Of a stretch of 64,000 nucleotides of DNA, positions 47,874 through 59,800 are shown piece by piece. Below the pieces are notes generated by a model. It saw nothing but the letters and a program-made list of their open reading frames with translations, was not told the origin of the DNA and ran no database searches. The stretch is from Dimorphilus gyrociliatus (lineage: Eukaryota > Animalia > Annelida): positions 38,315 through 102,314 of the forward strand of contig CAJFCJ010000038.1 of NCBI GenBank assembly GCA_904063045.1, read 5' to 3'. Position 1 is the stretch's first letter. Every line of letters begins with the position of its first letter. Made by a program: the position numbers and the translations under genes.

Positions 47874-49796
47874 ATGCTTTTCTACCAAGCATCTATATTG
47901 AACTTGCGCACTGAGGTTACTGTAGAAGTATACCCATTTTATAACCACAAGTTCACACAATTTAGAAACATGTTTAAATGTTGTTCAAAATTGGAAAAAA
48001 CAATCGACTATGGTTACGTTGAGATCATAGTAAAAGGATTTTCAAAAATATGTGATAAACTCACTTATTCGTCGAATACTCTAAAATGCATTGGTTTTAG
48101 TAATTGCAGTTTAAATGAAAGTCAATTAAGAGATATTGGAATGATGCTGATGAATTGTTCTAATTTGGAGAGCATTGATTTTAAAAATGTTCAGAAAATG
48201 GACAAGGGATCATTTGAAATATATAATGGACTCTGTCATTCATCAAATACTTTAAAAGAAATTAACTTTGGTGGTTGCAATCTAACTGAATATCAATCTA
48301 CTCAAATTGGAAATATGCTAGCACATTGTTCTAAATTAGAAATTGTCAAGTTGAGTTGCAATACAAAAATGGAAAATGGATTACTAGAAATATGTAAAGG
48401 ACTTATTTATTCATCAAATACTTTAAAAGAAATTGATTTAAGAGATTGCAATCTAAATGAAAGTAAATCCATACAAGTGGGAAAATTGCTGGAACATTGT
48501 TCCAAATTAGAAATAATCAACTTTAGTTACAATAATTATGTTGAAAATGAAGAACTAAAAATGAATAATAGAGTCTTTTCTTCTAAATTTCGGAGCATTA
48601 GTTTTTATAATAAATGTAAAATGACAAGTGGATTATATGAAATTTGTGATGGACTCAGTCATTCATCAAATACTTTAAAAGAAATTAATTTCAGAGGTTG
48701 CAATCTAGCTGAAAATGAATCCATAAAAATAGGAAATATGCTGACACTTTGTTCTCAATTAGAAATAATCAACATTGGGGAAAATAAAAATATGGGAAGT
48801 GGATTACTAGAGATTTGTAATGGACTTATTTATTCATCAAATACTTTGAAAGAAATTGATTTTAGTGATTGTGACCTAAATCAAATTCAAGCTACACAAA
48901 TAGCTAATATGCTGAAACATTGTTCTAAATTGGAAATAATTAACTTTAGTTACAATAAAGATATGAGTAGAGGACTAATAAACATATGTAATGAACTCAT
49001 TCATTCATCAAACACTCTAAAACACATTGATTTTAGTAGTTGTGATCTAACTGAAAGTCAATCAGGAAAAATTGGAATCATGCTGAAAAATTGTTCCAGA
49101 TTGGAGATCATTAATTTTAATAGTAATGCGAGTATGCAATACGAAGTATTCCTAATATGTGATGGACTCAGTCATTCATCAAATACTTTAAAAACAATTA
49201 ACTTTGGTGGTTGCAATCTAACTGAAAATCAATCTACACAAATTGGAAATACATTGAGAAATTGTTCAAAACTAGAAGCAATTAAGTTTAGTCACAATGA
49301 AAATATGGGAAGTGGAGTATTAGAAATATGTAATGGACTCATCCATTCATCAAATACTCTAAAACATATTGACTTTAGTTATTGTGATCTATCCGTAAAT
49401 GAATTGAAAGAAATTGGAATCATGCTGAAACATTTTTCCAAATTGGAGATCATTAATTTCAAAAATAATCAAGAAATGAGAAATGCATTATTTGAAATAT
49501 GTGATGGACTCAGTCATTCATCAAATTCTTTGAAGGGCATTGTTTTATCCAATTGTAATATCACAGAAAATCAATGCAGAATTATTGCAAATATGCTAAA
49601 ATTATGTACTAAATTAGAATATATTCACTTGTGGAATGAAGATGTGGGAAGTGGAATACTAATGATTTTAGATGCACTCCTATGTTCATCAAATACTTTA
49701 AGGGATATTTTGTTTTCAAGGTTTGGTGAGACTGAAGAACAAATTACTGAAATAAAAAATTTTCTAAAGCATTTTCCAAAAATTTATTCCAACTGA
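47874..49796 (+). CDS. Intronless RNI-like LRR-only protein (640 aa; alternative start at ATG 47970)
   Basis: About 10 tandem 57-aa units, each starting (H/Y)SSNTLK, with nucleotide-level similarity between units. Confidence 0.92.
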   Translation: MLFYQASILNLRTEVTVEVYPFYNHKFTQFRNMFKCCSKLEKTIDYGYVEIIVKGFSKICDKLTYSSNTLKCIGFSNCSLNESQLRDIGMMLMNCSNLESIDFKNVQKMDKGSFEIYNGLCHSSNTLKEINFGGCNLTEYQSTQIGNMLAHCSKLEIVKLSCNTKMENGLLEICKGLIYSSNTLKEIDLRDCNLNESKSIQVGKLLEHCSKLEIINFSYNNYVENEELKMNNRVFSSKFRSISFYNKCKMTSGLYEICDGLSHSSNTLKEINFRGCNLAENESIKIGNMLTLCSQLEIINIGENKNMGSGLLEICNGLIYSSNTLKEIDFSDCDLNQIQATQIANMLKHCSKLEIINFSYNKDMSRGLINICNELIHSSNTLKHIDFSSCDLTESQSGKIGIMLKNCSRLEIINFNSNASMQYEVFLICDGLSHSSNTLKTINFGGCNLTENQSTQIGNTLRNCSKLEAIKFSHNENMGSGVLEICNGLIHSSNTLKHIDFSYCDLSVNELKEIGIMLKHFSKLEIINFKNNQEMRNALFEICDGLSHSSNSLKGIVLSNCNITENQCRIIANMLKLCTKLEYIHLWNEDVGSGILMILDALLCSSNTLRDILFSRFGETEEQITEIKNFLKHFPKIYSN

Positions 49797-50855
49797 TGTA
49801 TCTTTTCTGTGTTTTGTGTAATTATAAAAAGTTCATTTTTTATTTTAATAATTGATTGTCTGGTGTATGACTTAGTTATTGAGAAATACTTACAGTCCCA
49901 ACAAAAACTCTTGCTCCATTGTTTTACAATTCAATTTAATTCATTTCATCCATTCTGTGGAAATAGATTAAGCATTGCTGATTTTGGATCCTTGAATAGT
50001 TACCTTTTTGAAACCTTACACCTAACTTTGCTGTTACATTTAGAATTGAAAATATTGAAAGATGAAAGAAAAATGTATATCTTTATCCATTTTAAACTTT
50101 TTTTAAGTAATCAGAGTATAAAAGGTCTTTTTTTGGCAAATGATTCTGTTCTATTCTATTGTTGTTTTGTCTTTTAAGAATTAATTAGAAAATTACCACA
50201 AAGAAATTACGAAATACTTTTTATTGACCTAATGAGGAAGAAAAAATACTTCAAAAAATAATACCTGTGTAGTAGTTGACATTTTACTGAAAATGGGCAT
50301 AAACTATATTACAGATTTTGTGTCTCTCTCTTTTCCAAATATAAAATAGACAATATTTTCAATATGATAAAAATTTCACTTGATTTCTATTATTACAAAT
50401 GAGATACTAAGTGATTGCTGCCGTGGTTCAAAGGCAATTTGGGACTGGTTAAACGCACCAACTTTATTGTAGTAAAAAATTTGCAGAAGGTGTGTCCAGT
50501 TTTTCTCTGGAATTTTGTTTATTTTAAGGCTAGATTGTAGAAAAAACCCCGCACAGACACATACCATTCCAAAAATCAATAATCCTTGATTTGCAAAAAT
50601 TTACTTCCTTGTCAATTGATATAAAGAAAAATCTTATAGATTATATGACCAAAGAAGAAATTTCAGTAAAATATATTATTGATTTGTAGTTGATATTCAA
50701 ATTGCCTTAATAAATATGAATGACTAATATAAATATACTGTATATATAGAAAAAAATCATTTACTCACAGATTCTTTGTCAGTGGTTGATTGCGTAACTT
50801 CCTTTTTAACAATTTAACCGATAAACTAAAACTATCCTTGTTTTCTCTTTACAAA

Positions 50856-53800
50856 ATGATTAAAAACTATTATCATTTCTTCCTTCTTTTCATTCTACAA
50901 TTTAATATTTTTTTCTCATTTTCGTTAAAAATAACACCGTCTTCTTACAAGGACAAAGATTTAGTTCTTGAAGAAGGACAACACGTCATTGATGGTACTA
51001 TAAGACCAAAATCTTTAAAGATTGTTCCAGGTGCCAGATTATTATTCAATAAGGAAAATAGTCGAATTGTAGTTACAAATGGAATAGTTGATATTGTTGG
51101 AAGAGAAGAGAAGAAAATCATTTTGGAAAGAGATCCAAAATATCAGACATCTTTAATCCAAATTCCAAATCATGATGAAAACTTTTACGGTAAATTTTAA
51201 AATATATTTCACTCCAGCAGCAGCAGTTTTCAGTATTTATCAATTTTCCGCAATTAGATGATGCTACATCATTCATTCCAACATTCTACAATACGGAAAG
51301 AAAATCCTACGAACCGTTCGCCTATATTGATAATTACAATTATACAAATTTTAAAAATGTATGTCTTTATAAAAGTATCTCTCTTTAATATTTTTTTGTT
51401 TTTATTTCTTAAATTGCAGTTGCTCTGCAAACATTTCGGATATTATAACCATGACAACAATCATAATCATTACAAATCTACAAATTCCTCAAGTAATGTT
51501 GTAAAATTGGATTGCAATTCTACAAAACAAGATTTAAATGATTGTAATTTTCAAAGTAAGTTGAAAGAATAAATTTTTTCAAATATTTACAAAACAAAAA
51601 CAACATTTCTTTAATAGATTACAATGGTAAAGAGAATTATCATTATTTTAAATTGAAATGTCAAGGTCATCGAATTGGTCTTGGTATATTTATTGGTAAT
51701 TCTTCAGAGGCAAATGTAAAGAATATTGACAGTAGGGAGATTTCAATACACATTGCCGATTCGAATGTTCAATCAATTCAGTTTGTTTGATAAATTATGT
51801 TTTTTTGTTGTTGATGTAAATCTGTTTTTAAATAGGAATGTGAATATAGTAGGAGTAAAAGAATCGAATCCCTCCTTTTATCTCGTGAATCGGCTTATTA
51901 ATGAATATGACTATCAAATAGAGAATATCAACGTTGAAGATTCAATTGGTAATGGAATTATTTTAGATTCCCACAATCGTCTATCCGTTGAGAATATCAA
52001 GTCAAAAAGTAAGTGTTTTGTCAAATTTGCATACATAATGATAATCTCTCTTCCTCCTTCTCATTGAAGACAATAGTCAAAATGGTTTGGTGTTAATGTC
52101 AACTGGCAGAATGAAAGATGTTTTCAGTGATGATACTACTCCTACAAAGAATCTATGCTCTTTAACTTGTAGCTATTGTACAAATTTTGTATATCCAATG
52201 ATTTTGACAGCTGGCTCTAGATGTTCAAGGTCATTTGTAGCGAAAGCAAACCAAGGAGAAGTTTTAGAAGTAGTTGTATCAGTTAAAGGAACAATGGATC
52301 AAATGTTTATAAAGGACAATGCCAATAAATTTTCAACAATCCTTCAAGATTACTTTAGAACAAAAGTAACTGATGTTCTTAAGTATATATCGTCCAATGA
52401 AAATATGGAATTCAAATATGATACTGGACGGTTTGGAGAGATCAAAATTTATATCAATTCAGTGAAGAGAGGTAAAAAATTTTGAAGATGAGACAAAAAA
52501 AAAATGCGTCTAATTTTTTCTTTTTTATCCTTTTTAGAAAGTAAATTACAACAATTAAAAAATGGTTTCATATCTGAGAATAGAAAAGATGGGATTCAAA
52601 TTTTGAATAATTACTATTTGTTATCTATTGATAATTTTCAAATATTAAATAATAATGAAAAAGGCGTCTACGCCTATTTTCCACCTTCAGAGATAATTTT
52701 TCAAAATTGCAGTATTCATTCAAACAATTTCGGAATTGAATTTATTGCTTTAACTGGCGTAATTAAAACTTTAAATAGTAGAATATTTTCGAATAATGTA
52801 AATGGAATAAATATGAGGAAAACTGATAGAAATATTGACACATTTATTCAATTAACTGCCAGTAATTGTCAATTTAAAAATCATTCGAATGGAAATGGAA
52901 TTGAAACAACTAATGACGTTAATCTATATCTTTATAATAATCAATTTATAGATAATGGTATTGATATTCGGCAAAATATACTAGAATTCAAAACTGACTT
53001 CTTATTGGATGGTAACCAATTTCTGAATAGAATTAATGATGGTAGCGTCTATAGAATTGTCTTGTATGATGTATACTATTTAAACATTCGTAATAATATT
53101 ATTGATGGTATAAAAGGTCCTTTTCTCTATCATCATCATGGTGATTTTTACTATGCAGACACTAATTTCCTTTTCTGGAATAATACTATTGAAAATTCAA
53201 TTAGTGAAAAACCTTTACTACATTTACATCTGTTGAGTCGGAAAAGTTCTGTTGAAATTATGAATAATCAATTCAAAAATAATTCGGGTCTTATAGAGAG
53301 TGTACCGCAAAATTTTCCAGATTATGAATTATCAGTTATTAAAATTTATAGTACTAAACCGGTTAAGATTGTAGAGAATATATTCAATAATCCAAAGTTT
53401 AGTCGAGAAGTAGCCATCTCTCCACATAGAGCTCCACCTATTGATTGTACAAAAAATTTTTGGGGTTCTTCCAAAAATTTCATCCATGAAAGAATTCTCT
53501 CAAAGCAAACGGTTGATGGTTATAGATATTTCAATCTGTTTCCTTATTATATCAATGTAAACAAAACTGAAGAAAGCAGTTCAGTTGTTCAGCTACCATT
53601 TACTGATGGAATACTGGGTGGAGATGTTGTCAATAATGGAACAACAGCAACAACGATTAAAGCTGGAAAATACATTTTGAAAAGTAGTCTTAGAATAACG
53701 CAAGGATCTTGGTTAAGAATTGAAGAAGGTGTAACAATTGATGTTTGGCCTTCATGCGGTGTTCAAGTATACGGAAAACTCGATATATTAGGAACACAAG

Positions 53801-56800
53801 CGGAAAGTATCATTTTCAAAACAGTATCGACAAGTAGTCGTAGCGATACGAATTTAACTATGGATTTTAATAATGAAATATCTTATAATCATTTGGGACA
53901 AATTTACCCAATTTGCGGTGATGGCAATATTCATAGTTCAACCAGAGCAGCAATTTGTCTATCATTGGGATATAGTCCGCAATATACGGCTTTAAGAGGA
54001 AGCTATAAAGGTAGTTTTAAGGCAATTACGCATACAAATTGCAATAGATTAGATTTAAGTAAATGTCACGTGATCATGAAAACATGTTCGTATCATTTGA
54101 GAATGCAATGTCATCCAATTAAATGGAGTGGTATTGGCTATTTAAAAAATTCTCTACCAAGTACAATTAGTGGATTTACCTTACAAGATACGGGATCGCT
54201 CAAATATTCCCTATACATAGATTTATTAAAAGAAAATCTAACAAACATTCGAATTAGAACAAATACATTTTTTTCTCTGCAAATTCTAAACTTTTATGGA
54301 AATGACGAATATCTTCTCGACAATATTGACATTGCCTCTCCAATTGGTTCAGATACTAAGTTTTTCATAAATCATAGAGGAAATTTAAAAATAACAAATT
54401 CGAATATAATTAATAATGGAATGCAGTTAAGACACGTAAAAATTGGTAAAAATGATTATGATTTCAATAGAGATGAAAAAGTCATCTCTGGAGCAAATTG
54501 TCATCAATCGTTGTTTGTTGAAGAAGGTCAATTGTTGATTTTATTTTTTGATGATTATGGATTATTTGTAAAATGCCTTTTACAATTTCATACCGTCGTT
54601 TCGTCGTCTCTCCAATTTTCAATTTATAAGACAAACAGACACGTTAGGACTGATGATTGGTTTGTTGAAGATTATTTGGGAAAACATCAACTGAATGGTG
54701 ATAGATTGGACTATTTAGTTGAAGATAATCAGGCTAACGTTACAGTAAATCCAAAATTTCGTTGGTCTGACAGACAAGCTTCTGTCTACATTCTGATTGA
54801 AAGTATTCCAATTGGTCGGCGCCATTTTATAAAAAATTCTCAATTATCAATTAAATTTGAAAATGTATTCTTTAATTATGAGGAAACATTAGCTATACAT
54901 TATGAAAATTCATTCAAACCCATCATAACTGAAATATCAATTAACAATTGCAGTTTTGAAGGAAAAAAAATTGCAGTGTATATTACTTCTAATGTTTTGC
55001 AGAATACTAAATTATTTGTTTATAATTCCAATTTTACTGGTATGACAAGAGCAGTAAATTTATATATGGTGAAATTCCAAGAATTTCAAACTGATATTCA
55101 CAAATGTAATTTCAATAGAGCGACACCTTTTCATTTCTTTGTTGGTCTTATCAACAATAAATTGATGAACAATTATTCAGTATCCTTCCAGGATAATGTA
55201 GTATTATCAATGAACAGGGATGCAATCTTTTGGCGACCAATTGTAAATTCATATTCAACAATGAAAGATGGTTTTGAAAATATGATTACATCATCAATTC
55301 TTATAAAAAACAATCATTTTCTGCAAATGAATTGTCTTAGAGAAGAAGAAGTTATTAGTTTAACCAACTTTGGATATATTCAAATCTTTGGTAATACATT
55401 CGAAAGTATCAGATCCTGTTCAAAAATTATTTATCTTCTTGGTACTGATGGAGATATTGAAATTTCTAAAAATAGATTTCAAGATATAACAACAACGACT
55501 TCAACATTAGTTCTTTCGCATAGTCGCTATTCTAAAGAAATTAGTGATGATGTGGCCATAATAGATAATGATTTTACGAATATAAATTCAAAGGAAATTG
55601 TAAAATCTTGGTTAATTGCAAAACGATTACTTTTGATAAAAGGAAATTCGATTAAAAATTGTTGGGTTAGTGACATGTTGGTTAATTTTTGGGCATCTGG
55701 AAAATTATTGAATGATGAGGCGAAATTTTTAGAAAATAAACTGGTAAACAATACTGGTGGATTGTATAGTTTATTATTAGCTGGAGATTCTTTGCCAAGG
55801 ATCTCTAGTAATATTTTCAATAATCCTCAATTCAAATACGAATTATATAATCTCATTGAATGTCCAATGGGCAGAGTTAACGAATGTAATATTAATGCTA
55901 AAAGTAACTTTTGGGGTACAGCTTATCCATACAACAGAATCTATTCTAGTGAACAAAACGGCCATAGAGCCAGAATGAATATTTCGCCATTCTATAAAAC
56001 AATAGAAATGGAACAGCTGGAACAAATTGAAAAACCAAAACTGAATCCTAAATCCTTTTCCGGTTTTATAGATAAACCATACGAGGTAAAGGAAAATCTT
56101 ATTCTAACCGGAAATGTTGTATTCGACAGGAATGTAACTATCCATCCAGGTGTTGAAATCACTTTGAGGAATAGTTTTGATACAATAGTATTTCGGGACA
56201 GAGTGGTTGCCATAGGAACGTTGAAAAAACCAATTATCTTTAGTAGCAGACAACAATTGAAAACGTTGAGATTGTACAATAATTATTTACAAATTAAAAA
56301 GAATGATAATTGGTTTTATATGAAATTTGCTGATAAAGCAAGTTTATGGCATGAAAATAGGATTATTTGTAGTTATTTTGGTTATGATTATCATTTAGGT
56401 AAGTCTCTCTCTCTCTCTCTTTTCCTTTCTTATTAAGTTTTCTCTTTTACAGGTGTAAATCATGGCAAGTCTTATTCATCAGTTGCACGCAGTTCAACGA
56501 TTGTCAATTGTGAAAGTTGGATGGACAATTTAGAAGATTGTTTCAATTCCAGTAGAACAATAGCATCATCAATTTTACGTTACTTACCAAAATTTTATTG
56601 TCATAGAAAATTGAATAGAAATGGAATATTTCTATTCAATGCAAAACAACAAAGTATTTTTCAATATATAGAATTTAATACAGTTGGATTGTCGTCCATT
56701 TCCGGTCCTGCTCCAAAAATGAAAAATATCGTATGGTCGAATCAAATAACAGCTTTAACAATTATCGATAGTTACAATTTAAAAACATGGGAAGGTAGCC

Positions 56801-59800
56801 AATTTAGCGTTAAAGACGCAGAAGAAAATGGAATGTATTTTGGCAATAGCAATCACGAAATGCATATTTCTCTATCAAAATTTTCAAACGTTAAAAATGG
56901 AATTGTTTGGAAAGAATTCAAGGAAACTGAAATGTTTGATTGGTTAGATTCAGAGATTTTATTGGAAAGACTATGGAATCCATTTTCATTCTGTTCAGCT
57001 GAAGAAAAGTATCAGTTGAAAGCTGATACAATGGGTTATTGGTTTAATCATCAATTTAACTCTTTTAAAAATTATATAGGTTGTACAGCAGTATTCGAAT
57101 GTCCTAAGGGTTATCAAATTGAAATTAGAGCAATCTGTTCAAACTGTTATGTAAATCATGATGAAATTTTAAAAGTATATGATTGGCAAAGTTCAGATTT
57201 ACTTTCAACTTTCTTCACCAAAGATAAGGTTTGATTGATGTCTGCTCTTCTCCCCTTTTAAATCAATACCTTTTTTAAACAGATATTCAAATTTTTATCA
57301 GTAAAAAGAACAATTAAATTGATAACTTACTTTTATACGAATAGACCGAACATTTTCAGAATTATTGTTCAAGCTGTAAAAGTTCCTGGTACAGTTTTTT
57401 TTTTCAATATTTGCATTAAGCGATTTCAATAATATTGTATTAATCTCTTATTGTCAGCCCGATATTGCGATTTTGAAGAATCATTTTGCACGTGGAAAAA
57501 CTCACAACTATCTATTGGAGATAATCCTCTCAATAATCCATTTGTAAGAATTATTGGATATAATGCAACAAGTATACAAGCTAAGAGAGCAGATGTTGAC
57601 TTTCCCCAAAGTCAACTTGGCCACTATCTAGGATATTTCACACAAAAAAATAGGAGATGCTATACGTGCACTACACTAGAACATGAACAAGTTTTGCTAG
57701 CTGATGAATATTTCAACCAGAACGATAAAGTTTGCTTTATAACTCTATACGCCTACATGATACAGTATGACAGAGTAAAACATTTAAAAATCTACGCTCA
57801 ATCCGACAATAGAACGGAATTGGTGGAAAGTGTTGCTTGCGGAAGTTCTTGGAAGTTTTACAGAGTATCTTTAGCCAAGTATATTGGTAAAAGATTCCGA
57901 ATTTTAATAGCAACAATACTAGAGAGTTCTTGTATTGGAATAGTTGGAATTGATAGAATTGTTTACGAATATTGTCCATCGGAAAAATCCGCAAATCAAT
58001 TGACAATTACAAATACAATATTTAACAATTGTACTGTTAAATGTATTGATATTATGAACAACGATCAGGATAGACACAATACAATTTGGTTAGATAAAAT
58101 GTCATTCAATCAAATGACAAACAACGTTGACAAACTAATTCAAATTCATCTTCAAAGCGCTTATATTCTACTAAGAAATTTAAATATTCCATATTTAAAA
58201 GAAACAACGGCAGTTGATGTGATTTTTCATTCAAAATTCCATTCAAGAATTTCCAATTTAGTTTTCACTCAGAATTCAATAATGGAAAGTGAAAATTCAA
58301 TAATATTGACTGCAATTAATAAAGGAGTTAACAAGGCTACTGCACTGGTTCAAAAATGTTCTATTGAAAACAATTCTGGGTCAAAACGTCTCTTTATTCT
58401 CGAAAATTTCCAATCAAATTTTACAAGAAATTTCCTTTATAAAAATCTATTGGAAAATGAATTACTTAGTTTAAAAAATTGTAAACTCTTACCAGTTTTC
58501 ATTACGTCATGTTCATTCTATTATAACATAGCTAGAGATACTACTGTTGGTATTGTTCATGCAATCGAATCGTATTCAATCGATATTCAACAAAGTATCT
58601 TCTATAATCCAAATACAGATTATGATTTTTCAATTTCAACTGCAAAAGATGATTTAATCTTTGGAGATCTTGGTAATAATTGGTGGAATACTGCAATTAC
58701 ATCAAATGTTTTAAAAAGAATTTTAGATGGTCGAATTATAAATAATGTTGCAATTATGAATGTTTTACCATTGCTACAATCGGAACCAAAGGAAATTTCA
58801 ACATCTAAAACGTGTCCAGTAGCTTGGAAATTCATTTCCAGTGGTTGTTTTTACATACATTTTGGAGCTGGTTCAATTAGACAAGCCAACGATCATTGTA
58901 AATCTAATACAGCCTATCTCCTATCTGACAACTACTTGAAATCTTCTTCCAGTTTGCTTAATGAACTTTTATATACAGATTTGGATGGTAAAGAAAAAAT
59001 CAGTGATATTTGGACAAGAGACTCGATTCCCCTTGATAATGAGGTTAGACCTTGGATTTGTCGTAAAGGCACATTTGGTATTTGTCCAAATAATTGTAGG
59101 GGAAGGGGAATCTGTAGTGGAACAATATGTATTTGTAATTCGGGATGGGAAGGTACCGATTGTTCTATATTCAATTGTAATCATGTTTCCAACTGTTCGG
59201 CTGTGATAGCGAGAGGTTCATGCATTGGACCAAACACTTGTAAATGCAATGATGGATGGAGAGGCGATAATTGTGCGATTTCCTCTTGTTCAAGGTACTT
59301 TTCTTGCGATCAATGTACACTGAAAAAGGGTTGCGGTTGGTGTGATTCAACTCAAAAATGCTTACCCGGAAATGAATATAAACCATACTTTTCCTGTCCT
59401 AATTGGTTTTATAGAAATTGTATATCAATCTCGAACAAAAATTGTTCAAGGGAGATTGAAATTGTTGCCTGTAATGATACAATTTGTAAAAATCCTTCAA
59501 AGGATACAAAAGGTGTTTGTCAAGAGTGCAACGATCTTAAATATTGCTTTGATAACGAACAATCTGGTTGCGCAACCTGGAATGAGACAAGATGTAAGGG
59601 AGGGGTTCCCCAGCCGGATCTGTCTCGAATAGAGAGACAAGATTTTTACGAATTGAAGGATAATGTTATCAAGATACCACCGACCACAAAGATATTTAGA
59701 TGTTTTACAAAGGAGAAACTGTCGAATGAAGATGACACTGAAGAAGATTACGAAATTCTTCTTATTCCAACTTATCAAAGATTGTTGAGTAGTGGACAAA

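Noticed and set aside
1-50000. Frequent in-frame TAA/TAG in AT-rich Cys-rich and LRR sequences, suggesting a ciliate-type genetic code
   Set aside because: The long ORFs (640, 663, 1072, 1310 aa) contain many Gln but no internal TAA/TAG, intact genes end in TAA, and the interrupted frames also have frameshifts. They are pseudogenes.
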